Positions 37,440 to 48,602 are shown, counted from the stretch's first letter. The stretch is DNA of 64,000 nucleotides from an uncultured delta proteobacterium (GCA_963813125.1 CAWEZA010000054.1:1-64000), one strand, 5' to 3'. Numbers and translations: made by a program. The notes: generated by a model not told the origin, from the letters alone.

Positions 37440-38758
37440 TCAAAAAGCTCGTTGAAGTCCTGGTGATGATATTTTTTCTGGGCCTGGCGTGCACAGTATC
37501 CAGAAAAAAGTTTATCCACAGTCTTCTGTTTCTTTTGCCGTTTAGTTTCAATGGAACATTCAACGCGGTCAATCCATACGTCATTTTGGCATCGGGCTCA
37601 TTATTCGCGCTGCGTTTCTGGGGCGACATCAAAACAACCTTGCCGGACAAGCGCGTTCTCACCCTGATGATGATGATATTTGTTTCCCATGTTATGGCTT
37701 TATTGCTTAATATCGATGATATAAAGTATGATGGCGACTATATCCAATACTACAATTTTTTATGGCTGGCGTCTGATTTCGCACTTTTCATAATAATCGT
37801 GAGCGGGCTAAAGTCCGCCGATGACGCGCGAAATGCGGTGAATATAATTATTATTGCATACCTTATATCATCAGTTGCCTCTATCGTTGAACTGGTAGAT
37901 CCCGGCAATCTGTACATTGTGAAGTATTTCAGCCACATGAGTAAAGAATCGTTTGAAAATAGGGGGATGCGCGTATCGGGCACCTTTAGTGGCGAATATG
38001 AGTTATATTCTGAATACTCTGCGATTATGGTAATATTTCTGATCTATCTCACCATGTCGTCGCGTCATTTGATCGACAAGGCATTTTATTCATTGTGCTG
38101 CGCCTATAGCTTTTTTATGGTCATTATGACCAAGACCAGAGGTGGGCTGATAGCACTTGGCGCTGCTGTAATGTATTTAATAACCATACATCTCAGCCGA
38201 AGGCTTAAGACTATTCCAATCGGTTTCATGTGTGTTCTTGCCGGACTAATCGGAATGAGTTATATCGTATCGACCAAATTTACAAACTATGATCTGTTTT
38301 CGCAGTCGATAAAGGTTACATCAAATATAAGAAATGGTAAACTCGATACTCGTGCCGAGCTATGGGGCCTGTCTGGTACAATAGCCAGCAATTACCCTTA
38401 TGTTTTCTTCGGGACCGGGAGTCCACACTTATCTAGTATCAGCAAACGTTATCATACGTTTCCTCATAATCTCATTTTAGCGTTGCTGCTTTGGGTAGGC
38501 TATTTCGGATTGTTCTGGTACCTTGTATTCATTGTGTATGTATACAGGTCTCCACGCCATGTCGTCATGAATGATGTTGGGCTTTTAAGAATTTTTGCCA
38601 AAACCTTCATCGTGCTGTTCATGGTGGACGAGCTCGTGATCGAGTTTATAAGACAGGCCTCCAATCAAAACGTGATCTGGAGTCTTTTCGGTCTTGCATA
38701 CCTGGTGAACCGCCATCTTTTAACCGTGCCGTGTCAACCCGGCGCCGCAGTGGAATGA
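37436..38758 (+). CDS. O-antigen ligase/polymerase (Wzy)-like membrane protein
   Basis: A 440-aa polytopic membrane protein in a polysaccharide locus. The ATGA start overlaps the upstream stop. Confidence 0.55.
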   Translation: MIKKLVEVLVMIFFLGLACTVSRKKFIHSLLFLLPFSFNGTFNAVNPYVILASGSLFALRFWGDIKTTLPDKRVLTLMMMIFVSHVMALLLNIDDIKYDGDYIQYYNFLWLASDFALFIIIVSGLKSADDARNAVNIIIIAYLISSVASIVELVDPGNLYIVKYFSHMSKESFENRGMRVSGTFSGEYELYSEYSAIMVIFLIYLTMSSRHLIDKAFYSLCCAYSFFMVIMTKTRGGLIALGAAVMYLITIHLSRRLKTIPIGFMCVLAGLIGMSYIVSTKFTNYDLFSQSIKVTSNIRNGKLDTRAELWGLSGTIASNYPYVFFGTGSPHLSSISKRYHTFPHNLILALLLWVGYFGLFWYLVFIVYVYRSPRHVVMNDVGLLRIFAKTFIVLFMVDELVIEFIRQASNQNVIWSLFGLAYLVNRHLLTVPCQPGAAVE

Positions 38759-39897
38759 TTGTGGTCTTCGAGAAGAGCATTTGCTTTGTAGCGCCCACGG
38801 TCGTAAACATTTTTCATGACGGTAGCCGGCTGGCCATGGGAGGGGCGGACGTGCAGCAGTTTCATATCGCCAACTTTCTTAAAACGAAAGGATGGCGCGT
38901 GTCTTTCGTTGCCCATGATGCAGGGCTTAAAGGCGGCGGACCGGAAACGATCGACGGCATCAAATATTTCGGGTTTCACCCTCGGGGTGAGGGAATACGG
39001 GTGATCGGTTTTTTGCACCCGTATCTCACGGGTATGTGGCGGGCGATGCGCGATGCGAATGCGAGTATCTATTATCAGCGCAGCGCCGGACTGGGAACGG
39101 GGATTGTGGCAACCTTCCGTGACATTTTCAATCGTATTTTCATATATGCGGGCGCCAGCGACACCGACTTCATGCCGAAAAACCTCAGGGTTTCAACGAT
39201 TCAGGACAAGATCGGTTACAAGTACGGGATAAGGCGCGCCGACCTTGTAACCGTACAAAACAGGACTCAACGATCCCTTTTGAAAAAGCACTGGGGGATC
39301 GAGGGCCTGCTCATGCCCAACGCGCTTCCTGCTGGAGCGTTCTGCCCGGGTAGGGCAATCGGCAAATATTTTTTGTGGGTAGGGGGGGTAAGAAGCGTCA
39401 AGAGGCCGGAGATATTCGCAAATCTTGCACTCGCGTGTCCGAGCCTCAAATTCGTTATGATCTGCGGCGGTGCAAACGACCGTACCGAAGAGGCCGACCG
39501 GCTTCGGGAGCTTTTGAGAAAAATTCCAAATCTCGATTACCTGGATTACGTAGCTTATAGGCATATCGACGGTTACCTTCGCAGGGCGGTAGCCCTGGTG
39601 AATACTTCGGCCTTCGAAGGCTTCCCCAATACCTTCCTTGAGGCCTTGCGGCTGGGAGTGCCGATTATTTCCTACGTCGACCCGGACGGTATCATCGAGG
39701 GCAACTCGCTTGGGGCTATCGTCAGATCGGAAAAGGAGCTGATCGAAAGGGTACTGCAATTTGGAGCAATGGACCTTTCATCCATGTCATCCGCGTGCCG
39801 GGCCTTTTTTTGCGAAAATTACTCCTTCGAAGTTCTAGGAGCTAAAATCGACTCTGCTTTCTCCCGTTTGATTTCACCAGGACGAAAGTGCCGTTAA
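38755..39897 (+). CDS. Glycosyltransferase family 4
   Basis: NTSAFEGFPNTFLEALRLGVPIISYVDPDG. Confidence 0.8.
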   Translation: MIVVFEKSICFVAPTVVNIFHDGSRLAMGGADVQQFHIANFLKTKGWRVSFVAHDAGLKGGGPETIDGIKYFGFHPRGEGIRVIGFLHPYLTGMWRAMRDANASIYYQRSAGLGTGIVATFRDIFNRIFIYAGASDTDFMPKNLRVSTIQDKIGYKYGIRRADLVTVQNRTQRSLLKKHWGIEGLLMPNALPAGAFCPGRAIGKYFLWVGGVRSVKRPEIFANLALACPSLKFVMICGGANDRTEEADRLRELLRKIPNLDYLDYVAYRHIDGYLRRAVALVNTSAFEGFPNTFLEALRLGVPIISYVDPDGIIEGNSLGAIVRSEKELIERVLQFGAMDLSSMSSACRAFFCENYSFEVLGAKIDSAFSRLISPGRKCR

Positions 39898-40988
39898 TCA
39901 AGGTCCTGCATATCACCTGCAGTCTTGGGTGCGGGGGCAGGGAGCGGCAGCTTGCCGAACTGCTCCGGCGCGGTCGATCCAATTCCATTTCGAGTCATCT
40001 TGTCGTCATGTCTTCTGAGATCCACTATGACCATGTGTATCAGGCGGGTATACCAGTCTCGATAATTTCTCGAAAATTCAGAAGAGATCCCGGTCCGCTG
40101 CTCGATATCCACAGATTGTGCCTGACATTCAAGCCCCACGTCATTCATGCCTGGGATTCAATGGCCGCGGTTTATTCCGGGATAATCGCCAAGACGCACG
40201 GGGTGGAATTCATAAACGGGATGATCCGGGATGCCGCGCCGCCTTCCGTTTTCGGCAAACAATCCGTTAGAGCCAAAATCACCTTCCCGCTCTCGGACGT
40301 GATAGTTGGAAACTCCAGGGCTGGTTTGGCCGCCTACCGGGCCCCCCGCGATAAATCCATCTGCATCCATAACGGGTTCGACATGAAACGGGTAGGCCGG
40401 CTCAAGGACCCTTCAGAGGTTAAAAGGAAGCTGGGCATAAAGACCGGAATAGCAATCGGGATGGTCGCGGATTTTTCCCCCTACAAGGATTACCAAAGTT
40501 TTTTAAGCGCGGCCGACCGAATACTTCCCGCTCGCGGGGACGTGAGCTTTTTGGCGGTTGGTCCCAAAACAGACTCGGTCGAGTGCATCTCGCTTACCCG
40601 GCCTGAATATAGGGACAGGGTCGTAAATGTCGGCGGTGTAAAAGACGTTGAATCGATCATCAATGCCATGGACATCGGGGTTCTCGCCACAAACGTAATA
40701 AATCACGGGGAGGGGATTTCCAATTCGATAATGGAATACATGGCGCTGGGAAAGCCGGTTTTGGCAACGGACCACGGCGGGAATAGAGAAATAGTCCTGC
40801 ACGGCAGGACCGGGTTTCTCGTCGAGCCTTTGAGCGCGGAAGCGATCGCCAGCGCTCTGGGGTTCCTGTTGGATAACCCCGATAAGGCCAGAGAGTGGGG
40901 GAGGGAAGGCCGCGGGAGAATTATATCGGACTTCAGCATGCAAAAAATGCTCGATAAATACGGCGCCCTGTATGAAAGCATCGCCTGA
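39888..40988 (+). CDS. Glycosyltransferase family 4
   Basis: GEGISNSIMEYMALGKPVLATDHGGNREIV. Confidence 0.8.
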   Translation: MPLIKVLHITCSLGCGGRERQLAELLRRGRSNSISSHLVVMSSEIHYDHVYQAGIPVSIISRKFRRDPGPLLDIHRLCLTFKPHVIHAWDSMAAVYSGIIAKTHGVEFINGMIRDAAPPSVFGKQSVRAKITFPLSDVIVGNSRAGLAAYRAPRDKSICIHNGFDMKRVGRLKDPSEVKRKLGIKTGIAIGMVADFSPYKDYQSFLSAADRILPARGDVSFLAVGPKTDSVECISLTRPEYRDRVVNVGGVKDVESIINAMDIGVLATNVINHGEGISNSIMEYMALGKPVLATDHGGNREIVLHGRTGFLVEPLSAEAIASALGFLLDNPDKAREWGREGRGRIISDFSMQKMLDKYGALYESIA

Positions 40989-41036
40989 TGTCGTTTTCTT
41001 TTGATTTTTTATCCTTGAAATGAGTTTCAAGCCGCA

Positions 41037-41918
41037 ATGTTTCCTAAATACCCGCTTTGTGATCTGCCATTCAGTTTAGCAACGATGGTGTTGCGTAGTA
41101 TCAAACGGGACCATGCTCCCCTGGTGCTCATGTATCATTCGGTAAGCGATACTTTCATGAGAGGGATGCCGACAGGCTATTTTAAGAGCCAAATGGCGAT
41201 CATCAGGAAAGAATTCAGCCCGGTAAGTCTCGATCGGATAATTGACTACGTCAAAACCGGGGTGCATTTGCCAGGGAAGGCCGTAGCGATTACCTTCGAT
41301 GATGGATTTAGAGACAATTACTTGAATGCCTATCCGATTCTTGCCGAATATGGTATTCCTTTCACTGTTTTTGTTACCACCTCATTTATCGACGGCAAAG
41401 TCAAATCGTATCCCGAGCGGTTTGGGTCCCCCGCCGGACTCCTTGTTCGCGATATTTCCCGGATTGCTCAATCCCACCTGGCGACTATCGGTTCTCACGC
41501 AGTCACTCACCGGCTTGTGCCTTCTCTTGAGGAAAAAGAACTGCGGCTGGAGATCGCCGCTTCCAAGCGGCGGCTGGAGGACATAACAGACCGCCCGGTC
41601 AAATATTTTGCTTTTCCAGGGAGTTCATGCAGCCTCGAGGCGCGAAAAATCGTCGAGGATTGCGGCTACCTCGGCGGACTGTGCGGCGAAGCCCGGTTTG
41701 TTTCGAGTTCGGACGACGTTTACCACATTCCGCGTGTCGGGGTCAGTCGGTACCTCGACGACAGTTCCACCTTTTTTCGCGCAAGACTTCAAGGCGGTTT
41801 TCACCTCCTGAAGTTGATAAAGAGGATTTCGTCGGGCCTGAAAAGCAGGGCGGTGCGCTCCGGGGTTGGAACTTTAAACGACAAGAATTTAAAAAAATGC
41901 CAAACCAAAGTGAGATAG
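41037..41918 (+). CDS. Polysaccharide deacetylase (CE4/NodB homology)
   Basis: AITFDDGFRDNYLNAYPILAEYGIPFTVFV. Confidence 0.85.
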   Translation: MFPKYPLCDLPFSLATMVLRSIKRDHAPLVLMYHSVSDTFMRGMPTGYFKSQMAIIRKEFSPVSLDRIIDYVKTGVHLPGKAVAITFDDGFRDNYLNAYPILAEYGIPFTVFVTTSFIDGKVKSYPERFGSPAGLLVRDISRIAQSHLATIGSHAVTHRLVPSLEEKELRLEIAASKRRLEDITDRPVKYFAFPGSSCSLEARKIVEDCGYLGGLCGEARFVSSSDDVYHIPRVGVSRYLDDSSTFFRARLQGGFHLLKLIKRISSGLKSRAVRSGVGTLNDKNLKKCQTKVR

Positions 41919-43084
41919 GCATTCTCATCCCCGTGGACATGGTCGCGCGGAAACCCTTTGGCGGGACCAGCGGGTTTATTGAAAGCATTCTGCCCTATTT
42001 CAGAATGAAGGTTACCGTCTTTGGTATTGGACTGGGAGCCAAGCCATTGGGGGAAGGTCAAAATCTTGCGTCCGGCGCGAGGTTCATCCCGATAGCCCCG
42101 CTGCGCCATCCCACTTCGATCCCTTTACGGTTAAAGTCGCTGATCCATTTTGCGCGTCTTCGAAACCGTATTTTGCACTCGGGAGTCAGCCTTCTGTATG
42201 CTCAATCGCACGAGGTGGCTTTACCGTTTCTTTATGGGAAAGACTCGCTCCCCCTTGTATTTCACCATCACGGATCCATCAATCCCGTAGAAAAATCCAA
42301 ATACAAATGGGCAAGGAATCCGCTTCTTATGGCTATTTTAGACCTGTTGCTGGCCGGGATCCACAAAAGAGCCGATTGGATTATAGCCATAGACGCCCCC
42401 TGCCTCTTGCAGGCGAAGGAAAACGGAGCCGGGGACAAAGTAACGCTTCTGATGAACGGGGTTGACACTTCGCTTTTTAGAACAGATGAGGTTTTGAGAA
42501 AAGACTCAAGAGCTCGGCTGGGCCTTGGAAGTGATGAGAAAGCCATACTGTTCGTCGGGCGTTTGGAGGATTTAAAAAGAGTTGATCGTGCGATTGGAGC
42601 CATGGAGCTTCTGAGAAGGGAAAAGGAGAGTGGATATCGCCTGATCGTGGCGGGTGATGGGACCTTGAGGAGGCGGCTGGAAAGGGCCACGCTTCAAAAA
42701 GGCTTGGAGAAGTGCGTGATGTTTCTGGGCTATGTGGATCGCTCCCGGCTGCCTGGGCTCTACAACGCAGCCGATGCGTTGATCCTTCCCTCGGAAATCG
42801 AAGGAACCCCCATGGTTGTGCTGGAATCTCTAGCCTGCGGTACGCCCGTCGTAGCTTCGAATGCGGGGGGAATTCCAAGCCTGGTTTTCGATGGGGTTAA
42901 CGGCATGCTCCTTGGCGAAGCCTCGCCTGAAAACATATCCAGTGGGCTCGAAAATATATTGGGAAAAGGGCTGAGCCGGCAGGCGGTCTCAAAGACCGTG
43001 CAGGAACATAGTGCCAAGAAAGCGGTGGAGCGACTCGAGGCAATCTTTATGAATCTCATCGAGTCAGGGAGGCACGGGTTGTAG
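41897..43084 (+). CDS. Glycosyltransferase family 4
   Basis: EGTPMVVLESLACGTPVVASNAGGIPSLVFDGVNGML. The start was chosen at the internal Met (MPNQSEIG). Confidence 0.8.
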   Translation: MPNQSEIGILIPVDMVARKPFGGTSGFIESILPYFRMKVTVFGIGLGAKPLGEGQNLASGARFIPIAPLRHPTSIPLRLKSLIHFARLRNRILHSGVSLLYAQSHEVALPFLYGKDSLPLVFHHHGSINPVEKSKYKWARNPLLMAILDLLLAGIHKRADWIIAIDAPCLLQAKENGAGDKVTLLMNGVDTSLFRTDEVLRKDSRARLGLGSDEKAILFVGRLEDLKRVDRAIGAMELLRREKESGYRLIVAGDGTLRRRLERATLQKGLEKCVMFLGYVDRSRLPGLYNAADALILPSEIEGTPMVVLESLACGTPVVASNAGGIPSLVFDGVNGMLLGEASPENISSGLENILGKGLSRQAVSKTVQEHSAKKAVERLEAIFMNLIESGRHGL

Positions 43085-43157
43085 CTGACGTATGGGACCC
43101 AACATTCTAATGTTAACTGCTTGCGGCTTGATTTACCGGCCCGGGAAGACGTGAAAA

Positions 43158-45296
43158 ATGCAACAGTTGACCCAAAAACTTGGAACCGGAGAGATGCGGA
43201 TCGTCGAGACGCCTTTTCCTGCCCTGGCAAAAGGTTGCGTATTGATACGCAACCACTATTCTCTCATCTCCCCGGGAACGGAGAGCGGCACGGTCGGCGC
43301 CGCGCGCAAGGGCTATATCGGAAAGGCAAAGGATAGGCCTGAGCAGGTCAAACAGGTCATCCGGAGCTTTAAGGAAAAGGGCCCTTTGCAAACCTACCGG
43401 GCCGTCATGAAAAAATTGGATGCCCATTCGCCTCTTGGGTATTCATGTGTCGGCGAGGTCATAGGGGTTGGCGAAACCGTTAGCGAGTTCAAGGTCGGAG
43501 ACCTTGTCGCCGGGGGCGGCAGGGCGGCCTCGCACTCCGAGGTCGTTTGCATACCCACCAACCTTTGCGTCAAGATACGCCGCGATGCCGATCTCAAACA
43601 GTGCGCCTACAACACGCTGGGGGCCATAGCCATGCAGGGGTTGAGGCAGGCCGACCTGCGGCTGGGCGAGACGTGCGCGGTGATAGGGCTGGGACTTATC
43701 GGGCAGTTGAGCTGCCTTCTGCTTCGAGCCGCGGGCGTGCGTGTGGTTGGGGTGGATATAGACGATTTTGCCGTAAAGCTCGCAGCAGATCGGTCGGCCG
43801 ACCTGGCCCTTAACCGGTTCTGCGCAGGTATCGAGCAGCAGATAGCCGCCTTTTCCGGCGGGGTTGGCTGCGATTCCGTGATTATTGCCGCTTCATCGAC
43901 CTCTGTTGACCCGATCAACTTCGCCGGTGCGATTTTGCGAAAACGCGGAACCGTTGTCGTTGTCGGCGCTGTGCCAACGGGGTTTTCGCGGGAGCCCGAT
44001 TTCTACAATAAGGAGCTTACGCTCAAGATGTCATGTTCCTACGGACCGGGGAGGTACGATCCGCTCTACGAAGAAAAGGGGTTGGATTACCCGCCGGCCT
44101 ACGTGCGGTGGACAGAAAAGCGCAACATGGAGGCTTTCCAGGACCTCATCGCCCGCCGGATAATCGACGCGGGATGTCTTACGACTCATACCTTCAAGCT
44201 GGATGAGGCTCCCTCGGCCTACGACATGATCCTGGAGCGCTCGGAGCCCTGTGTGGGGTTGTTGATCGAATATGACGTGTCGAAAGACTTGAAGCAGGAG
44301 CCGGTCGTTTTGCCGGTTAAAAGGCCGTGTGGAGGCCGGGTGGGCATCGGGTTCATAGGCGCCGGCTCGTATGCGCAGGGTTTCCTGCTTCCAAATATTC
44401 CTCGGGCCCCCGATGTTTGCCTCCATGGAGTTATGACAAATTCATCGACTGGAAGCCGAAGTGCTGCCGATCGTTTCGGTTTTCAGTTTTGTACGGGAAA
44501 TGAGAGCGATATCCTCGATAATCCCGACATCAACACCGTCTTTATAACAACCCGCCACGACTCTCACGGAAGCTACGTCGTAAAAGCGCTCGAGTCGGGC
44601 CGGAATGTATTCGTTGAAAAGCCCCTGTGCCTCGTTAAAGAGGAACTGGGTGAGATAAGGGAAATCTGTGCCAGGCCCGGGAGCCCGCTACTGCTGGTGG
44701 GATTTAACAGGCGCTTTTCGCCGCTAAGCCTCGAGATGAAGCGACTATTTGGGGCGGGCGCGGCTTCGGTATCCTACCGCATCAACGCCGGCGCCATCCC
44801 CCCCGATTCCTGGATCCAGGATAAGGACGTTGGCGGCGGTAGAATCCTGGGGGAAGTCTGTCATTTTATAGATTATCTAAACTTTGTAACCGGCTCCCGC
44901 CCCAGGCGAATATATGCCGAAGCCATGGATGACCCGCACAATCACGATGACACTGTCGCTGTTTGCCTGAAATACGTCAACGGGTCGGTGGGAAGCATCC
45001 AATATTTTGCCAACGGTTCAAAGGAGTTGCCGAAAGAAAGAGTCGAAATCCATTCAAACGGGCTGACCGCGGTAATCGACGATTTTCGCGACTTGCAAGT
45101 CTACGGGACAGGCAAAACGTCCAGGAAGCGTCTGCTTAGCCAGGATAAAGGCCAGAAGGGGCTGGTTTGCTCCTTTATCGAGGCTGTCAGAAACGGTTCT
45201 CCGGCGCCAATTGCTCTGGAAGATATTTTCACTGCCACCGATTGCGCGTTCAAGGTCCTGGAATCACTCAAGACCGGCAAGGCGATCGAAGTATGA
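43158..45296 (+). CDS. Bi-domain oxidoreductase (N-terminal MDR/zinc-ADH-like + C-terminal Gfo/Idh/MocA)
   Basis: The N-terminus has GroES-like and Rossmann GLGLIGQ features. The C-terminus has IGFIGAGSYAQG and a Gfo/Idh/MocA-like fold. This fusion is common in capsule/EPS loci. Confidence 0.7.
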   Translation: MQQLTQKLGTGEMRIVETPFPALAKGCVLIRNHYSLISPGTESGTVGAARKGYIGKAKDRPEQVKQVIRSFKEKGPLQTYRAVMKKLDAHSPLGYSCVGEVIGVGETVSEFKVGDLVAGGGRAASHSEVVCIPTNLCVKIRRDADLKQCAYNTLGAIAMQGLRQADLRLGETCAVIGLGLIGQLSCLLLRAAGVRVVGVDIDDFAVKLAADRSADLALNRFCAGIEQQIAAFSGGVGCDSVIIAASSTSVDPINFAGAILRKRGTVVVVGAVPTGFSREPDFYNKELTLKMSCSYGPGRYDPLYEEKGLDYPPAYVRWTEKRNMEAFQDLIARRIIDAGCLTTHTFKLDEAPSAYDMILERSEPCVGLLIEYDVSKDLKQEPVVLPVKRPCGGRVGIGFIGAGSYAQGFLLPNIPRAPDVCLHGVMTNSSTGSRSAADRFGFQFCTGNESDILDNPDINTVFITTRHDSHGSYVVKALESGRNVFVEKPLCLVKEELGEIREICARPGSPLLLVGFNRRFSPLSLEMKRLFGAGAASVSYRINAGAIPPDSWIQDKDVGGGRILGEVCHFIDYLNFVTGSRPRRIYAEAMDDPHNHDDTVAVCLKYVNGSVGSIQYFANGSKELPKERVEIHSNGLTAVIDDFRDLQVYGTGKTSRKRLLSQDKGQKGLVCSFIEAVRNGSPAPIALEDIFTATDCAFKVLESLKTGKAIEV

Positions 45297-46432
45297 CACG
45301 CGATCCCGCCGATGCCTTCCTCCGCCTCGATGCTTACTGCAGACGCGCCGATTATAGCGGATGGGATCTTTTCGACGGATTGAACTCGAAGTTTTTTATA
45401 AACACCCCGGCTTTTAGATCAGGTTTTCTCAGGCTGGCCTGGATCCAGCTCTTTAAACGCTCGCCAATAAATCTCAGGCGCATTGCAAAAGTCCCGAGGG
45501 GGCTAAATCCTAAAGGGTTGGCTCTTTTTGCTTCAGGCCTCATCGAGCTGGGTAGAGTCAATGAAGCCGAGAGTCTTCTCGAACGGATCAACGCAGCGCG
45601 CTGTTCCGGCTATGAAGGGGCGTGCTGGGGGTATAATTTCCCCTGGGAGTCGCGTGCCTACTACGTGCCTTTGGGCGTACCCAACATGGTTGCCACCGTA
45701 TTTGCCGCCAATGCGTTTATCGATCATTTTAAGGCCACGGGGGATTGCGAGTCGCTAAGGACAGGCGAGGAGGCCTGCCGGTTTATTCTTCGTCACCTGG
45801 TCTTGTTCGAGCGGAAGAGCACTCTTGGTTTTGGCTACATACCAGGCGAAAACGTGGTCGTTCATAATGCGGGCATGCTCGGAGCGGCGCTTCTTGGAAG
45901 AGTTTTCAGCATCGTCGGTAGTGAGTCGTACTATGAAAAATCGAAGAAAGCGATTGTCTATGGCGTTAGCGCTTTAAATAAAGACTATCTCTGGCCATAT
46001 GGGGAACGCGGCCATCATGGTTTTATCGATAATTTCCATACCGGTTTTAACCTTGTCTCCCTTGCAAGGTGGTCCAGGTATACTGACGATCACCAGTTCG
46101 AGCCCGAATTGCAAAGAGCTTATCGGGCTTACCTGGATAACTTCTGGCTGGATAACGGTTGTCCTAAGTACTATCACGATTCACTCTACCCGGTTGACAT
46201 CCACTGCTGCGCCCAGGGAATAGTAACCCTTCGATTGCTGTCCGGCTACGATTTACAAAGCGAAGTTCTTTTAAAGAAGGTAGTGGATTGGGTTCTAGCG
46301 AATATGCAGGATAAGAGCGGATATTTTTGTTATCAAAAGACCAGATACTGTACGAACAAAATATCCTATATAAGATGGTCCCAGGCCTGGATGTTCTACG
46401 CTCTGTCAATTTACCTGTCAGGTTTAAAGTGA
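45293..46432 (+). CDS. Hypothetical protein (alpha-helical) in polysaccharide locus
   Basis: A 379-aa ORF with ATGA coupling to the upstream gene. No family was recognised. Confidence 0.45.
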   Translation: MTRDPADAFLRLDAYCRRADYSGWDLFDGLNSKFFINTPAFRSGFLRLAWIQLFKRSPINLRRIAKVPRGLNPKGLALFASGLIELGRVNEAESLLERINAARCSGYEGACWGYNFPWESRAYYVPLGVPNMVATVFAANAFIDHFKATGDCESLRTGEEACRFILRHLVLFERKSTLGFGYIPGENVVVHNAGMLGAALLGRVFSIVGSESYYEKSKKAIVYGVSALNKDYLWPYGERGHHGFIDNFHTGFNLVSLARWSRYTDDHQFEPELQRAYRAYLDNFWLDNGCPKYYHDSLYPVDIHCCAQGIVTLRLLSGYDLQSEVLLKKVVDWVLANMQDKSGYFCYQKTRYCTNKISYIRWSQAWMFYALSIYLSGLK

Positions 46433-47499
46433 AAATCTGGATCGACATTTCAAATTCGCCTCATGTCAATTTTTTCTCGGGGATGATAAGAGAACTGCAA
46501 AAAGAGCACTCGGTTCTCATTACCTGCCGTCCCCTTGCAAATACCTTGGGGCTGCTCGAGCAGACCGGCTTCACCTATCATGTCGTAGGCAGGCACTATG
46601 GGCGGAAAGCGGCGGTCAAAATCCCGGGGTTCCTGATCCAGACAGCCGAGCTGTGCCATTTTTTAAAAGGCCGCCAGGTGGATGTGGGTATTTCACACAG
46701 CTCGTTCTATGCCCCGCTGGTTGCACGCCTTCTTGGAGTCCCGAGCATATACATGAATGATAACGAGCATGCCGAGGGTAACCGTCCGGCATTCCTTTTC
46801 GCCGGCAAGATACTTGTCCCGGAATTTCTTGACCCGGGCAAGGTGTCAAGGCATTGGGCAAGGCCCGAAAAGGTATCCTGCTACCCCGGAATCAAGGAAG
46901 GCATCTATCTATGGTACTACAGGCCTCCGACCGCAACGAGCGGTACCTTTTCAAGGCGAAACGGCCCGCGAACCATCTTTGTCCGCCCAGAGCCTCTTAC
47001 GGCCCAATACTACAAGGCGGGCCTGAATTTCATGGACGATATGCTGATCGAACTCGCGGAGGGATTTAACGTGGTGGTCCTGCCGCGAAGCGGGGTCCAG
47101 GAGTCTTACTATCGTCAGCCCAAATTTGCCGGGATAAACGTCCTGGAAAGACCCATGGGTTTACCGGAGATAATGGAGACTTGCGACCTCTTCATGGGGG
47201 CGGGCGGCACGATGACCCGCGAAGCCGCCGTGCTGGGGGTTCCAACGGTTTCCATCTACCAGGATGAACTGTTGGACGTTGACAGGTACCTCATTGCCAG
47301 GGGCGCAATGATCCATGTAAGGCGCCCTGACGCCGGGGCGCTTACCCGGTTTCTTGCCGAAAGGGGAAGGAGGAACCCGGACCCGGAGCTTTTGGCGAAG
47401 GGGAAAAAGGCCTTCGATCTCGTCATGGACACGATCTTATCCCATGCTCGAAATGGAGAGAGGCAAAAAAACCGCCGCTCGAACGGAGGCTCCCCGTGA
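46429..47499 (+). CDS. DUF354 family protein (UDP-GlcNAc 2-epimerase-like fold)
   Basis: The N-terminus KIWIDISNSPHVNFF is characteristic of DUF354. The GTGA start overlaps the upstream stop. Confidence 0.65.
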   Translation: MKIWIDISNSPHVNFFSGMIRELQKEHSVLITCRPLANTLGLLEQTGFTYHVVGRHYGRKAAVKIPGFLIQTAELCHFLKGRQVDVGISHSSFYAPLVARLLGVPSIYMNDNEHAEGNRPAFLFAGKILVPEFLDPGKVSRHWARPEKVSCYPGIKEGIYLWYYRPPTATSGTFSRRNGPRTIFVRPEPLTAQYYKAGLNFMDDMLIELAEGFNVVVLPRSGVQESYYRQPKFAGINVLERPMGLPEIMETCDLFMGAGGTMTREAAVLGVPTVSIYQDELLDVDRYLIARGAMIHVRRPDAGALTRFLAERGRRNPDPELLAKGKKAFDLVMDTILSHARNGERQKNRRSNGGSP

Positions 47500-48602
47500 T
47501 GAAGGTGCTTCTCATTGCCGGGGCCCGGCCCAATTTCATGAAGATCGCGCCAATTTACCGCGAGGCCATGAAACACTCCTCCTTCGATTGCAGGCTTGTC
47601 CACACTGGACAACATTACGACTACGAAATGTCTCAGGCTTTTTTTGAAGATCTCGAAATTCCGAGGCCGCATTTTTTTCTCGATGCCGGTTCCGGATCGC
47701 ACGCGGTGCAGACAGCGAAGATAATGATATCATTCGAAAAGGTCTGCGAAGAAGAAAAGCCTGGCCTGGTCTTGGTCGTAGGCGATGTCAATTCCACCCT
47801 GGCGTGCAGCATTGTCGCAAAAAAAATGGGCATCGAGGTCGCTCACGTCGAGGCTGGTCTTCGAAGCTTCGATTTAACCATGCCCGAAGAGATCAACCGC
47901 ATGGTGACAGACTCTATTTCCGACCACTTTTTTGTTACAGAAAAAAGCGGGGTCGAAAATCTGTTGCGGGAGGGAAAGCCCAAAGAGCGGGTTCATTTGG
48001 TCGGCCACGTGATGATCGATAACCTCTTTTATCAGTTAAAGCGGTTGGAAAACGGCTACAGCCCCGGCGTCGCCTTATCCGGTCTAAAGGTCCGAAGCGG
48101 TCGATACGTTTTCTTAACTTTGCACCGGCCGTCCAATGTGGACCAAAAAGAGAAGCTGCTCGATATTGTCGATGCGCTCAACATGATTTCCAAAGAGCGA
48201 TGCATAATCTTTCCTGTTCACCCCAGGACGCGGCAGCGACTCGATAAGTTCCGGATATCTTTATCCTCAAATATATTTCAACTCCCTCCGTTGAGTTTTA
48301 AAGATGCGCTTTTCCTGTGGAAGGACGCGTCTGTGGTTATGACGGACAGCGGCGGCCTCCAGGAGGAAACCACCGCCCTTGGCATCCCCTGCGTAACGCT
48401 GCGGGAAAACACCGAGCGCCCGATCACTGTCGAAATGGGTACGAACATGCTTGGCGGGACCACCAAAACCACGATCTTGGAAGCATATAAACGATCGATT
48501 TCGAGGCCCGGGACCGGATCGATCCCCCCAAAATGGGATGGCAGGGCCTCTCAAAGGATCTGGAAAATTCTTCTTGGACTGCACGGGGAGCTCAGAAAAT
48601 GA
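47496..48602 (+). CDS. wecB: UDP-N-acetylglucosamine 2-epimerase (non-hydrolysing)
   Basis: MKVLLIAGARPNFMKIAPI...HVEAGLRSFD...DSGGLQEE. Confidence 0.9.
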   Translation: MMKVLLIAGARPNFMKIAPIYREAMKHSSFDCRLVHTGQHYDYEMSQAFFEDLEIPRPHFFLDAGSGSHAVQTAKIMISFEKVCEEEKPGLVLVVGDVNSTLACSIVAKKMGIEVAHVEAGLRSFDLTMPEEINRMVTDSISDHFFVTEKSGVENLLREGKPKERVHLVGHVMIDNLFYQLKRLENGYSPGVALSGLKVRSGRYVFLTLHRPSNVDQKEKLLDIVDALNMISKERCIIFPVHPRTRQRLDKFRISLSSNIFQLPPLSFKDALFLWKDASVVMTDSGGLQEETTALGIPCVTLRENTERPITVEMGTNMLGGTTKTTILEAYKRSISRPGTGSIPPKWDGRASQRIWKILLGLHGELRK